Assembly (NCBI GenBank): GCA_965222215.1
Contig: OZ244931.1
Location: 1,716,546 to 1,780,545 of the forward strand
Length of the DNA stretch: 64,000 bases
Source of the DNA: Alphaproteobacteria bacterium
GTDB taxonomy: Bacteria; Pseudomonadota; Alphaproteobacteria; UBA6615
Direction: 5' to 3'
Shown here: one piece after another, positions 46,143-55,811 of the stretch
Numbering within the stretch: the stretch's first letter is position 1
How the letters are laid out: the number at the start of each line of letters is the position of its first letter
The notes under the pieces: model-generated
Database searches by the model: none
Told to the model about the DNA's origin: nothing
The model's input: only the letters and a program-made list of their open reading frames with translations
Program-made: the position numbers and the translations under genes

Positions 46143-47002
46143 GCGACGCCGTCGAAAACTTTGAACAACCCGTGCCCGATCACGCGGCCGCGTCGGCCGG
46201 CGGGACGGCGGAACTGATCGTCAACCTTGAAGGGTTCGAGGGGCCACTCGACCTGCTCCTGGCGTTGGCGCGCGACCAGAAGGTCGATCTGACCAAGATA
46301 TCCGTGCTCGCGCTTGCCGAGCAGTACCTGGAGTTCATCCATCAGGCCCGCGAGATGCGTCTGGAAATCGCGGCGGACTATCTGGTGATGGCGGCGTGGC
46401 TGGCCTACCTGAAATCGCGGCTTCTGCTGCCCGTCGAGGAAGAGGGCGAGGAGCCGACCGCGGCGGAGATGGCGGCTGCGCTCCAGTTCCAGCTTCAACG
46501 TCTCGAAGCGATGCGCGATGCGGCGGAGAAGCTGTTCGCATTGCCGCGCCTGGGCCAGCAGGTATTCGCACGGGGCGCGCCGGAAGGCATCCGCGTGATT
46601 ACCAACCCGATCTATGACGCTTCGCTGTTCGAAATGCTCGACGCCTATGGCGCGATCCAGCGGCGCGGCAAGGCGGAAACGCTGACCATCGAGCAGTTCG
46701 AGCTGTTTTCGATGGACGACGCGCTCGGCCGATTGCGCAGCGTCCTCGGCAAGATGCCGGAATGGTCGACATTGGAGAGCTTCCTGCCGGAAGATCTTCG
46801 CAGCGGCCTGCCGAAGCGCTCCGCAATCGCGGCGACATTTGCCGCGAGCCTGGAACTCGTCCGCGACGGACATGCGGAGATTCGCCAGGACAGCCGTTTC
46901 GGCCCGATCTACTTCAGAAGCCGCCCCGAGGAAGCCGAACAGGCATCGGGGCGATCCGTACCAGGCCACAACGAGGGCACGACCGTTGACGATTCATCCT
47001 GA
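46139..47002 (+). CDS. scpA: Segregation and condensation protein A
   Basis: ScpA N-terminal FEGPLDLLL motif. Confidence 0.85.
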   Translation: MSDAVENFEQPVPDHAAASAGGTAELIVNLEGFEGPLDLLLALARDQKVDLTKISVLALAEQYLEFIHQAREMRLEIAADYLVMAAWLAYLKSRLLLPVEEEGEEPTAAEMAAALQFQLQRLEAMRDAAEKLFALPRLGQQVFARGAPEGIRVITNPIYDASLFEMLDAYGAIQRRGKAETLTIEQFELFSMDDALGRLRSVLGKMPEWSTLESFLPEDLRSGLPKRSAIAATFAASLELVRDGHAEIRQDSRFGPIYFRSRPEEAEQASGRSVPGHNEGTTVDDSS

Positions 47003-47669
47003 ACTCGAACCCGACGAACACACGGACTTGCTCCGGCTGGCCGAAGCGGTGTTGTTCGCCGCGGTCGAGCCGCTCGACGAGGCATCGATTGCCGCGCAGC
47101 TCCCGGAAGGCGTGGTCGTGTCGGAAATTCTCGACGAGTTGCGGCGGCTGTACTCGGGGCGCGGTGTGAACCTTGTGAATGTCGGCGGCAAATGGGCACT
47201 GCGGACCGCGCCGGATCTTGCCGACAGGCTCAAGATCGAGCGCGAGGTACAGCGCCGCCTGTCACGCGCGGCTCATGAAACGCTTGCGGTGATTGCCTAT
47301 CACCAGCCGGTCACGCGCGCCGAGATCGAGGAAATCCGGGGGGTCGGCCAGAGCAAGGGCACCATGGACGTCCTGCTGGAAATCGGCTGGATCCGCCCGG
47401 GTCGCCGGCGTAACTCGCCGGGGCGCCCGCTCACCTGGGCCACGACGGAAGCGTTTCTGTCCCATTTCGGGCTCGAGAGCCTGAAGGAATTGCCGGGCGT
47501 GCAGGAATTGAAGGCGGCCGGCCTGATCGACGCGCGGCCCGCGGTGAGCGTGTACGCAGCGTCGGCGGGCTCGGAGGAGCTCCCGTTCGATTCGGTGACG
47601 GGCGAAGACGAGTCCGAACCGGAGATGGACGAGCCGCTCGACATCGAGGACGAAGAAACCGGCACCTGA
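46986..47669 (+). CDS. scpB: Segregation and condensation protein B
   Basis: Tandem winged-helix ScpB core (LRLAEAVLFAA...; AYHQPVTRAEIEEIRGV); TTG start at 46986 inferred (overlaps scpA end); acidic C-terminal tail. Confidence 0.75.
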   Translation: MTIHPELEPDEHTDLLRLAEAVLFAAVEPLDEASIAAQLPEGVVVSEILDELRRLYSGRGVNLVNVGGKWALRTAPDLADRLKIEREVQRRLSRAAHETLAVIAYHQPVTRAEIEEIRGVGQSKGTMDVLLEIGWIRPGRRRNSPGRPLTWATTEAFLSHFGLESLKELPGVQELKAAGLIDARPAVSVYAASAGSEELPFDSVTGEDESEPEMDEPLDIEDEETGT

Positions 47670-47718
47670 AGCGCCGTGCTCGGTTGCGGCTGATAATCGT
47701 TTTCAATAGGGTCCCGCC

Positions 47719-48813
47719 GTGTCCGCGCGGTCACTGAAATCCGCGCCCCGACTGGCGGCGAAATCGTTGACAGATCTGGCGATCGAAAACGTGTCTCACA
47801 AGTATGGCCACCTGCTGGCGGTGGACGGCGCGAGCCTGTCCGTGGCGGCAGGCGAGGTCGTGTGCCTCGTGGGCCCATCGGGCTGCGGAAAAACCACGTT
47901 GCTTCGCGTTGCGGCCGGACTGGAGGATATCCAGCAGGGCCGGGTGCTGATCGGCGGCGAGGTCATGGCCGAGGGCGGTGTTTCGGTTCCGCCCGAGCAG
48001 CGCAATGTCGGCCTGGTTTTTCAGGACTACGCGCTGTTTCCGCATTTGACCGTTCGGGGAAACATTGCATTCGGCCTCCAGGAGTTGACCGGCAGGCAGC
48101 GCGACGAGCGGGTCGAACTGGCGCTCGAACGCACGGGCATGGCCGGCTACGCCGGCGCGTATCCGCACCAGTTGTCCGGCGGTCAGCAGCAGCGCGTCGC
48201 CTTGGCCCGCGCCATTGCCCCGCGTCCCAGGGTCGTGTTGCTGGACGAACCTTTCTCCGGCCTCGACACCTCGCTGCGCCATCGCGTGCGCGATCAGGCG
48301 GCCCGAATTCTGCGCGAGAGCGGAATTGCGACCCTGATGGTTACGCATGATCCGGAAGAGGCAATGTATCTCGCGGACCGGATCGCGGTGATGGAAAAGG
48401 GGCGTATCCGGCAAACCGGCACGCCCGACGAGGTGTACCTGGAACCGTCCGACGCCTTCGTCGCCGCGTTCTTCGGCGACGTGAACCGGTTCTCTGGGGT
48501 GGTCGAAAACGGTGGTGTCGAGACGCCCCTCGGAACGGTGGCCACGAACGGGGCTGCCCCGGGCACCAGTGTCGATGTGCTGGTCCGTCCGGAAGCACTG
48601 GAACTCTCCGAAACCGGCGGCGCCGCAACCGGCGCGGTCGTGGCAGCCCGATTTCTGGGCCGAAGCAGCCTTATCGATGTTCGGTTATCGGATCCTTCGG
48701 CGACGGTCGTGAGGGTGCATACGCCCGGTCGCAAACTGCCGGAGGCCGGCACAACGGTGCAGGTGCAACGGACCGACTCCCAGACCTTCGTCTTCCCGCG
48801 CGACACCGCCTAA
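47719..48813 (+). CDS. ABC transporter ATP-binding protein (PotA/FbpC/ModC-type with C-terminal TOBE-like domain), orphan
   Basis: Walker A GPSGCGKTT, signature LSGGQQQRV, Walker B LLDEP, H-loop; GTG start; no permease or SBP gene adjacent. Confidence 0.8.
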   Translation: MSARSLKSAPRLAAKSLTDLAIENVSHKYGHLLAVDGASLSVAAGEVVCLVGPSGCGKTTLLRVAAGLEDIQQGRVLIGGEVMAEGGVSVPPEQRNVGLVFQDYALFPHLTVRGNIAFGLQELTGRQRDERVELALERTGMAGYAGAYPHQLSGGQQQRVALARAIAPRPRVVLLDEPFSGLDTSLRHRVRDQAARILRESGIATLMVTHDPEEAMYLADRIAVMEKGRIRQTGTPDEVYLEPSDAFVAAFFGDVNRFSGVVENGGVETPLGTVATNGAAPGTSVDVLVRPEALELSETGGAATGAVVAARFLGRSSLIDVRLSDPSATVVRVHTPGRKLPEAGTTVQVQRTDSQTFVFPRDTA

Positions 48814-48947
48814 ACGTTTGAGAATGCGACGTAAGTCGCACGCAATTGGACGTGAGCGACCGTTGCGGGGGATTCCCCTTTCTGCGATAGTCCGCGCAAC
48901 ATCCCCGCCGAGGCGGGGAACATGCAGACTCAACGGAGCACCGGAAT

Positions 48948-49184
48948 ATGGGCACGTTTTCTATCTGGCACTGGCTCATCGTGCTTGTGGTTGTCCTGGT
49001 CCTGTTCGGCGGACGGGGCAAGATCCCCAGCCTGATGGGGGATGTGGCCAAGGGGATCAAGTCCTTCAAAAGCAACATGAAGGACGAGAAAGCGGACTCG
49101 GCGCAGATCGAGGAAACCGCCGAGACCACCACGACCACCCCACCAACCACTGCGGCGCGCGAGGACGAGACGGCCAAGAGCTGA
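48948..49184 (+). CDS. tatA: Twin-arginine translocase subunit TatA
   Basis: [29 protein letters not shown] plus amphipathic helix. Confidence 0.9.
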   Translation: MGTFSIWHWLIVLVVVLVLFGGRGKIPSLMGDVAKGIKSFKSNMKDEKADSAQIEETAETTTTTPPTTAAREDETAKS

Positions 49185-49240
49185 TCTCGCGCCGTCGCGC
49201 AGGCCCGGTCTTTCCCGGGCCGTAAACGGACTTCGACATC

Positions 49241-49726
49241 ATGTTCGATCTGGGTTGGCCGGAGCTTATGCTCATCATGCTCGTGGCGTTGATCGTCATC
49301 GGGCCCAAAGAGCTACCCAACGCCATCCGTACGGTAACCGACGTCGTCCGGAAGCTGCGCTCCGCCGCGCGTGAGTTTCAGTCCGGCCTCGACGATATCG
49401 CCCGGGAATCCGGCATGGACGAGGTCAAACGCGACCTGGACGGCATCACCCACTACGACCCGGGCGAAGCGCTGGAAGCGATCGCGGAATCCGACAAGGA
49501 CCTGCTCGACCTTCAGGACGACCCGGACGTGGGCAACAGCATTCTCGATCCGTCCGCCAAACCGCCCGAGAACGAAGCCGGGAACCAGACCGAAAAATCC
49601 GATGACGATGATGTGCAAGCCGCGACGGGCGATGCCGCATCCGACACGTCCGACGCTGAAAGCGATGCCCCGTCCGATGGAGAGACGTCGCCCAAACCGG
49701 CCGCGAACACAGGCGCCGCGTCATGA
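49241..49726 (+). CDS. tatB: Twin-arginine translocase subunit TatB
   Basis: MFDLGWPELMLIMLVALIVIGPKELP; acidic C-terminal tail. Confidence 0.9.
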   Translation: MFDLGWPELMLIMLVALIVIGPKELPNAIRTVTDVVRKLRSAAREFQSGLDDIARESGMDEVKRDLDGITHYDPGEALEAIAESDKDLLDLQDDPDVGNSILDPSAKPPENEAGNQTEKSDDDDVQAATGDAASDTSDAESDAPSDGETSPKPAANTGAAS

Positions 49727-50568
49727 GCACGACGTCGGATGACAGCGCGATCGAAGGTCCGGACGATGAACCGGATATCGCACCGGAGGAAGGAGACACC
49801 GAAGAGAAAATGTCTCTCATCGAGCATCTGACGGAACTTCGCCGCCGACTGATGTATGCCGCTGTGGCCTTCGTGCTGGTGTTTTTCGTCTGCTTCTATT
49901 TCGCGAATACCTTCTTCGATTTTCTTGTCGCGCCCCTGGCCGAGGTCTGGAAAAGCGACGAAAACCGCCGCCTTATCTTCACGGCGATGCACGAGAAGTT
50001 CTTCACGAACATCAAGGTCGCGTTCTTTGCCGCCGCGTTCATCTCGTTCCCGGTGATCGCGTCGCAGATATGGATGTTCGTGGCGCCGGGGCTTTACCGG
50101 AACGAGAAACGCGCGTTCCTGCCGTTTCTGCTCGCGACGCCATTCCTGTTCTTCGGCGGCGGCGCCTTCGTCTACTACTTCGTCATGCCGGTCGCGTGGG
50201 AGTTCTTCACGAGTTTCGAGCAACTCGCCGCGGGGCAGGGCGAGCTCGCGATCGAGCTTGAGCCGAAGGTCAACGAGTACCTGTCGCTCGTCATGCGCCT
50301 GATCTTCGCTTTCGGACTGAGCTTTGAGCTTCCGGTGGTGATTTCCCTGCTGGCGCGCGTCGGCATGGTGACGCCGGACGGCCTGCGCAAGAAACGGCGC
50401 TACGCCATCGTGATCGCATTCGTCGCGGCTGCGATCCTCACCCCGCCGGACCCTCTCAGCCAGCTCGCCCTCGCGATCCCGATCATCATCCTCTACGAGG
50501 TGTCGATCTACTGCGCGACCCTCATTCAACGTTCGCGCGATCGCGAGGCCGATGCGGCGGCGGCGTGA
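49723..50568 (+). CDS. tatC: Twin-arginine translocase subunit TatC
   Basis: 6 TM, LIEHLTELRRRL N-terminus; ATGA overlap with tatB. Confidence 0.9.
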   Translation: MSTTSDDSAIEGPDDEPDIAPEEGDTEEKMSLIEHLTELRRRLMYAAVAFVLVFFVCFYFANTFFDFLVAPLAEVWKSDENRRLIFTAMHEKFFTNIKVAFFAAAFISFPVIASQIWMFVAPGLYRNEKRAFLPFLLATPFLFFGGGAFVYYFVMPVAWEFFTSFEQLAAGQGELAIELEPKVNEYLSLVMRLIFAFGLSFELPVVISLLARVGMVTPDGLRKKRRYAIVIAFVAAAILTPPDPLSQLALAIPIIILYEVSIYCATLIQRSRDREADAAAA

Positions 50569-50629
50569 ACTGGACGCGATTCGCACCTTCCCCCTATAAC
50601 GTCGCAAAACCCATTTCGGCGTAAATCAC

Positions 50630-51916
50630 ATGTTCGATCTCAAGTGGATTCGCGAGAATCCGGACAGCTTTGACCGGAGCCTCGAGCGGCGCGGAGAGTC
50701 CCCGTTATCCGGGCGGGTGCTGGAACTCGACGCCGCGCGCCGTTCGGCGCAAACGCGCCTGCAGGACATGCAGCAGCGCCGGAATGCTGCGTCGAAGCAG
50801 ATCGGCGCGGCCATGAAGGGCGGCCGGACGGACGAGGCCGAAGCCCTGAAAACCGAGGTGGCCGACCTTAAGGACGGCATGGATGGCGCTGAATCGGAGG
50901 AGCGCGACGCCGCCGAGGCCTTGAACACACTTCTCGCGGGCCTTCCCAACATCCTCGACGACGATGTGCCCGACGGCACGAACGAAGATGACAACCGCGA
51001 GGTCCGGCAGGTCGGGGCGCCGCCGGCGTTCGACTTCGCGCCGAAGCAGCATTTCGAACTGGGCGAAGACCTGGGCCTCATGGACTTCGAGACGGCGGCG
51101 GAGCTGTCCGGCTCGCGCTTCGTGATCCTGAAGGGCGCGCTGGCCCGCATGGAACGCGCGCTATCGGATTTCATGCTCGACGTGCAGACCGAGGAGTTCG
51201 GCTACACGGAAGTCAGCCCGCCGCTTCTGGTGCGCGAAGACGTGCTGTTCGGCACGGGCCAGCTCCCGAAGTTCGGCGAGGACCTTTTCCGCACCACGGA
51301 CGAACGCTGGCTGATCCCGACCGCCGAGGTGCCGCTGACCAACATGGCGGCGGGCAAGATCCACGATGAGGCCGACCTGCCGATCCGCGTGACCGCGCAC
51401 ACGGCCTGCTTCCGGGCCGAGGCCGGCGCGGCGGGCAAGGACACGCGCGGCATGCTGCGCCAGCACCAGTTCTACAAGGTGGAACTTGTCTCTGTCGTGC
51501 GACCGGAGGATTCCGATGAAGAGCTGGAACGCATGACCGGCTGCGCGGAAGAAATCCTGAAACGGCTCGGGCTTGCCTACCGCGTGGTGGTGCTGTGCAG
51601 CGGCGATACTGGTTTCGGTGCCGCCAAGACCTACGACCTCGAGGTCTGGATGCCGGGGCAGGACACCTACCGTGAGATTTCGAGCTGTTCGAACACCCGC
51701 GCGTTTCAGGCACGCCGGATGAATGCCCGCTATCGCCCCGCCGGGGAAGGGCGCGGCCCAGAACATGTGCATACGTTGAACGGTTCCGGCGTTGCCGTGG
51801 GCCGTGCGCTGATCGCAGTCCTGGAGAACTACCAGAACGCCGACGGCTCGATCACGGTGCCCGAGGTGCTGCGCCCGTATATGGGCGGACGTGAGGCGAT
51901 CTCTCCAGATGCATAG
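50630..51916 (+). CDS. serS: Serine--tRNA ligase
   Basis: N-terminal coiled coil, class II motifs ([22 protein letters not shown]). Confidence 0.95.
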   Translation: MFDLKWIRENPDSFDRSLERRGESPLSGRVLELDAARRSAQTRLQDMQQRRNAASKQIGAAMKGGRTDEAEALKTEVADLKDGMDGAESEERDAAEALNTLLAGLPNILDDDVPDGTNEDDNREVRQVGAPPAFDFAPKQHFELGEDLGLMDFETAAELSGSRFVILKGALARMERALSDFMLDVQTEEFGYTEVSPPLLVREDVLFGTGQLPKFGEDLFRTTDERWLIPTAEVPLTNMAAGKIHDEADLPIRVTAHTACFRAEAGAAGKDTRGMLRQHQFYKVELVSVVRPEDSDEELERMTGCAEEILKRLGLAYRVVVLCSGDTGFGAAKTYDLEVWMPGQDTYREISSCSNTRAFQARRMNARYRPAGEGRGPEHVHTLNGSGVAVGRALIAVLENYQNADGSITVPEVLRPYMGGREAISPDA

Positions 51917-52700
51917 CTTTCCCCGCAGGCTCGACAAGCTGCGCATCCTGATCTCGAACGACGACGGCGTGCGTGCGCCCGGTATTCGCGTGCTGGAGCG
52001 AATCGCCAAGACCATCACCGACGATGTGTGGGTCTGCGCGCCGCTGAACGAGCAGAGCGGGGCAGGGCACTCGCTTACCCTGCGCTATCCGTTGTGGCTC
52101 CGCCGTATTGCGACACGCCGCTACGCCGTGGAAGGCACGCCGACGGACAGTGTGCTGGTCGGCATCCATCACGCGGTCAAGGACCGCAAGCCGGACCTGG
52201 TGCTGTCCGGCGTCAATCGCGGCAGCAACATGGGCGAATTCATCACCTATTCGGGGACCTGTTCCGCCGCGATGGAGGCGACCATCCTGGGCGTGCCGGC
52301 CATCGCGTTCAGCCAGCAGACCGACTTTGACCGAAGCAACACCCACTGGGCCACAGCTGAAAAGTACGCGCCGGACCTGATCCGGAAGCTGTGCAAGGCG
52401 GGCTGGCCGGAGCGCACGTTCATCAACGTGAACTTCCCCGACTGCAAGCCGGAAGAGGTCGAAGGGGTCGAGGTCACGGCCCAGGGTTCGCGCCCCATGG
52501 GAGATTCCCTGGTGGAAAGCCGTCATCCGCGCGGGGGACGATACTTCTGGGTCGGGGCGCTGCCGACACATAGCTCCGGCAAGAAGGGCACCGACCTTTC
52601 GGCCGTCGAGGCGCGGCGAATTTCGGTGACGCCCATCGATCTGGACTTCACCAACCGCCGGGCGATGAAGCCGCTCGCCGCCGCGCTCAACACCGACTGA
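51909..52700 (+). CDS. surE: 5'/3'-nucleotidase SurE
   Basis: [11 protein letters not shown]-terminal motif; start codon uncertain (ATG 51909 vs upstream in-frame start overlapping serS). Confidence 0.85.
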   Translation: MHSFPRRLDKLRILISNDDGVRAPGIRVLERIAKTITDDVWVCAPLNEQSGAGHSLTLRYPLWLRRIATRRYAVEGTPTDSVLVGIHHAVKDRKPDLVLSGVNRGSNMGEFITYSGTCSAAMEATILGVPAIAFSQQTDFDRSNTHWATAEKYAPDLIRKLCKAGWPERTFINVNFPDCKPEEVEGVEVTAQGSRPMGDSLVESRHPRGGRYFWVGALPTHSSGKKGTDLSAVEARRISVTPIDLDFTNRRAMKPLAAALNTD

Positions 52701-52710
52701 GCATGCTGCG

Positions 52711-53358
52711 ATGAGCACGCCCGCACATCGCGCCAGGCTGGTTCTCGCGTTGCGCAGCGCGGGCATTACCGACACGGCGACCCTGTCCGCGATAGAAAGC
52801 GTGCCGCGCGAATTGTTCGTGCCGGAGACCTTCGTCGACCGGGCGTATGAGGATACGGCGTTGCCGATCGGCTACGGCCAGACCCTCAGCCAGCCCCTCG
52901 TGGTGGCCACGATGATCCAGGCGCTGGAACTGGACCCGCGCATCAAGCTGTTCGAGGTGGGTACGGGCTCGGGGTACCACGCCGCAATTCTGTCCCATTT
53001 GTGTCGCCGGGTGTACACGATAGAGCGCCACAAGCCGCTGCTTGCCGAAGCGCAAGATCGGTTCGAGGCGCTGGAACTGAACAACGTGACCGCGATGGCA
53101 GGCGACGGCATGAAGGGCTGGCCGGAACAGGCACCGTTCGACCGGATCAGCGTGACCGCGGCGGGCGAGGAGCCACCGCAGTCGCTGCTGGAACAATTGA
53201 AGATCGGTGGCATCATGGTCATGCCGGTCGGTGGGCAAAGCCGGGTGCAGCAGCTCGTGCGTTTCCGGCGAACCGAAGATGGCTACGACAGCGAGGCGAT
53301 CATGGATGTTCGGTTCGTCCCCTTGCTTCCGGGCGTGGCCAGCGAAACCGGTACCTGA
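52711..53358 (+). CDS. pcm: Protein-L-isoaspartate O-methyltransferase
   Basis: Motifs QTLSQP, LEVGTGSGY; surE-pcm-nlpD order. Confidence 0.9.
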   Translation: MSTPAHRARLVLALRSAGITDTATLSAIESVPRELFVPETFVDRAYEDTALPIGYGQTLSQPLVVATMIQALELDPRIKLFEVGTGSGYHAAILSHLCRRVYTIERHKPLLAEAQDRFEALELNNVTAMAGDGMKGWPEQAPFDRISVTAAGEEPPQSLLEQLKIGGIMVMPVGGQSRVQQLVRFRRTEDGYDSEAIMDVRFVPLLPGVASETGT

Positions 53359-53361
53359 CCA

Positions 53362-54327
53362 GTGACGTTCCTGCGATCGACACTTTGGATAGCGCTGGCG
53401 GCAGTCGCGCTCGCAGCCTGTGCGGGGTCGGGCGGGCGCGCAGTGGTCATCGACCGGAGCTATGAGAACCGCGAGACAAGCCGTCCTGCCGCCGGTGAGT
53501 ACGTGGTCCAGGCGGGCGACACCGTCTACGGCATCGCCCAGCGCAGCGGTATTTCGACCCGCGCCCTGATCGACTGGAACGGGTTGCGGCCTCCGTACAC
53601 ACTCATCGTGGGGGACCGGCTGAAACTTCCGGTTAGCCAGGGGTATGTCGTCCAGCGGGGCGATTCACTCTACGCCATCTCGCGTCGGTTCGGCGTCGAC
53701 ATGGCAACCCTTGCACGCGCCAATAATCTGCGTGCGCCGTATACGATTCATGTGGGGCAGAACCTGCGTTTGCCGCGCGGCGCGACACCGGCAGCCGGTC
53801 AGGACAACGTCCAGACGGCATCTCTGCCGCCTGCGAGCCGGTCCGATGCGACGTCCACCGCCGCACGCCCGGCCGTGAAACCTGCGCCGCCGCGGACACC
53901 CGTGACGACCCGCCCGGTGAAGACAGTCCCGGCCCCTCCGCCACGCGCGTCGAGCGGCTTTGTCTGGCCCGTGGAGGGCCGGGTGCTTTCGACGTTCGGG
54001 GCCAAGAAGAACGGGTTGCACAATGACGGCGTAAATATCGCCGCGCCGCGCGGTGCGCCCGTTAGGGCCGCGGACAACGGCGTGGTTGCGTATGCGGGCA
54101 AGGAAATCCGCGGTTTCGGCAACCTGCTGCTGATCAAGCACGAGGGTGGGCTGATCACCGCCTATGCGCACAACGATGCGGTTCTGGTGGCGCGCGGGGA
54201 CAAGGTCACGCGCGGGCAGGTGATTGCCAAGGTGGGCACCAGCGGCGGTGTCGAGACGCCGCAGCTTCATTTCGAAGTCCGGCAGGGAACGCGCGCGGTT
54301 GATCCGACGCGCTACTTACCCGGATAG
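53362..54327 (+). CDS. nlpD: LysM-domain / M23 peptidase lipoprotein (NlpD-like)
   Basis: Lipobox LAAC, two LysM repeats (YVVQAGDTVYGIA; YVVQRGDSLYAIS), C-terminal M23 (HNDGVNIAAP...HLHFEVR). Confidence 0.85.
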   Translation: MTFLRSTLWIALAAVALAACAGSGGRAVVIDRSYENRETSRPAAGEYVVQAGDTVYGIAQRSGISTRALIDWNGLRPPYTLIVGDRLKLPVSQGYVVQRGDSLYAISRRFGVDMATLARANNLRAPYTIHVGQNLRLPRGATPAAGQDNVQTASLPPASRSDATSTAARPAVKPAPPRTPVTTRPVKTVPAPPPRASSGFVWPVEGRVLSTFGAKKNGLHNDGVNIAAPRGAPVRAADNGVVAYAGKEIRGFGNLLLIKHEGGLITAYAHNDAVLVARGDKVTRGQVIAKVGTSGGVETPQLHFEVRQGTRAVDPTRYLPG

Positions 54328-54331
54328 AGCG

Positions 54332-55204
54332 TTAGTTTTTCAGGTCGATTGGCTTGCCGAGACGTCCGGCGACTTCCTGCACGAACTGCCATGCGACACG
54401 GCCGGAGCGCGACCCGCGTGTGACCGACCACTCTTTCGCTTCCGCGCGCAACTGGTCCCGGTCGACATCGAGACCGAAATGTTCGCAATAGGCCTCGATC
54501 ATCGCGAAGAAGGTATCCTGGTCGGTGTTGTGGAACCCGAGCCAGAGCCCGAAGCGGTCGGAGAGCGAGACCTTTTCCTCAACCGCTTCGGACGGGTTGA
54601 TGGCGGTGGAGCGCTCGTTTTCGATCATGTCGCGGGGCAAAAGGTGGCGGCGGTTCGAGGTTGCATAGAAAACGACGTTGTCCGGCCGTCCCTCGATGCC
54701 GCCTTCCAGCACCGCCTTGAGTGATTTGTAGCTCGTATCCGAGGTATCGAAGCTCAGGTCGTCACAGAACAGGATCGCCTGGCGTCCGCTGTCGCGCAGA
54801 ATCGCCAGAAGTGCGGGCAGCGTGTGAATGTCTTCCCGGTGAATTTCGACAAGCAAAAGGCCATCCGGTGCTTCGGCATCGACCTCGGCATGCGCCGCCT
54901 TCACCAGGCTGGATTTTCCCGTGCCGCGCGCGCCCCAGAGGAGCGCGTTGTTGGCGGGGAGGCGGTTGGCGAAACGGCGTGTGTTCTCAATCAGGGTATC
55001 CGCCTGCCGGTCGATGCCCTGAAGCAGCGTAAGAGGCACCCGGTTTACCGCCGGAACGGGTTCCAGCCAGCCGTCTTCGCCGTCGGTATGCCAGACAAAG
55101 GCGGATGCTGCCGAAAGGTCCGTCTTCGCGGACTTGTCCGGCGCGATTCGCTCCAAAGCGTCGGCAATTCGCGTGAGAAGGGGGACGATATCGGATTCGG
55201 TCAT
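54332..55204 (-). CDS. DUF815-family AAA-type ATP-binding protein
   Basis: Walker A GARGTGKSS, Walker B LFCDDL; conserved divergent partner of yajC in alphaproteobacteria. Confidence 0.7.
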   Translation of the reverse strand: MTESDIVPLLTRIADALERIAPDKSAKTDLSAASAFVWHTDGEDGWLEPVPAVNRVPLTLLQGIDRQADTLIENTRRFANRLPANNALLWGARGTGKSSLVKAAHAEVDAEAPDGLLLVEIHREDIHTLPALLAILRDSGRQAILFCDDLSFDTSDTSYKSLKAVLEGGIEGRPDNVVFYATSNRRHLLPRDMIENERSTAINPSEAVEEKVSLSDRFGLWLGFHNTDQDTFFAMIEAYCEHFGLDVDRDQLRAEAKEWSVTRGSRSGRVAWQFVQEVAGRLGKPIDLKN

Positions 55205-55292
55205 CCGTGGCGTTCCGGAAATCGTGGAAAAGAGGGCGGACCCTATCGAGCGATTTGCCGCAATTCAAACGCATTTTCGGACCATGCGTGCG

Positions 55293-55320
55293 TTGCAATT
55301 CGAACGCGCGCCGCTATCAT
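55293..55320 (+). promoter_or_regulatory. Candidate sigma-70 promoter for yajC-secDF (-35 TTGCAA, 16-nt spacer, -10 TATCAT)
   Basis: Seen in sequence about 37 nt upstream of yajC ATG; overlaps a direct repeat GCAATTC(A/G)AACGC. Confidence 0.45.
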
Positions 55321-55356
55321 CCGGCGACTTCGAGACAAGGACCCTGGAGGGGGACA

Positions 55357-55787
55357 TGTTTATCACGCCGGCTTATGCGCAGGCAGGCGGCGGGGGCGAT
55401 GCGTTCACGTCGTTTCTGCCGATCATCCTGATTTTCGTTATCTTCTATTTTCTGCTGATCCGTCCGCAACAAAAGAAAATGAAAGCGCACCGGGCAATGC
55501 TCGGGCAGGTCAAACGCGGGGACAAGGTGCTGACCGGCGGCGGTATTATCGGCACCGTCACCAAGGTCAAGGATGAGACCGACGAGGTCACGGTCGAGAT
55601 CGCCGACGGTATCCGCGTCGAGATTCTCCGCGGCACCATATCCGAGGTGCTGAATACGCCAGCAGCGGCGTCCGGCGGCGGCAACGCACCGGCGGCGAAG
55701 GGCGGTCCGACCGTTGTCGGTCCGGCAGCCAACGACGGCGGAAAATCGGGCGGCCTTCTGGGCGGCCTTTTCGGCGGCCGCAAGTAA
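55357..55787 (+). CDS. yajC: Preprotein translocase subunit YajC (extended Gly-rich C-terminus)
   Basis: FLPIILIFVIFYFLLIRPQQKK...GDKVLTGGGIIGTV; start at ATG 55357 with GGAGGGGG RBS. Confidence 0.9.
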
Positions 55788-55811
55788 GCACGAACCGGAA
55801 GGCTCTCGCGC

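Noticed and set aside
49513-50607. 364-aa minus-strand ORF antisense to tatB/tatC
   Set aside because: Spans two conserved plus-strand genes. Charged low-complexity product.
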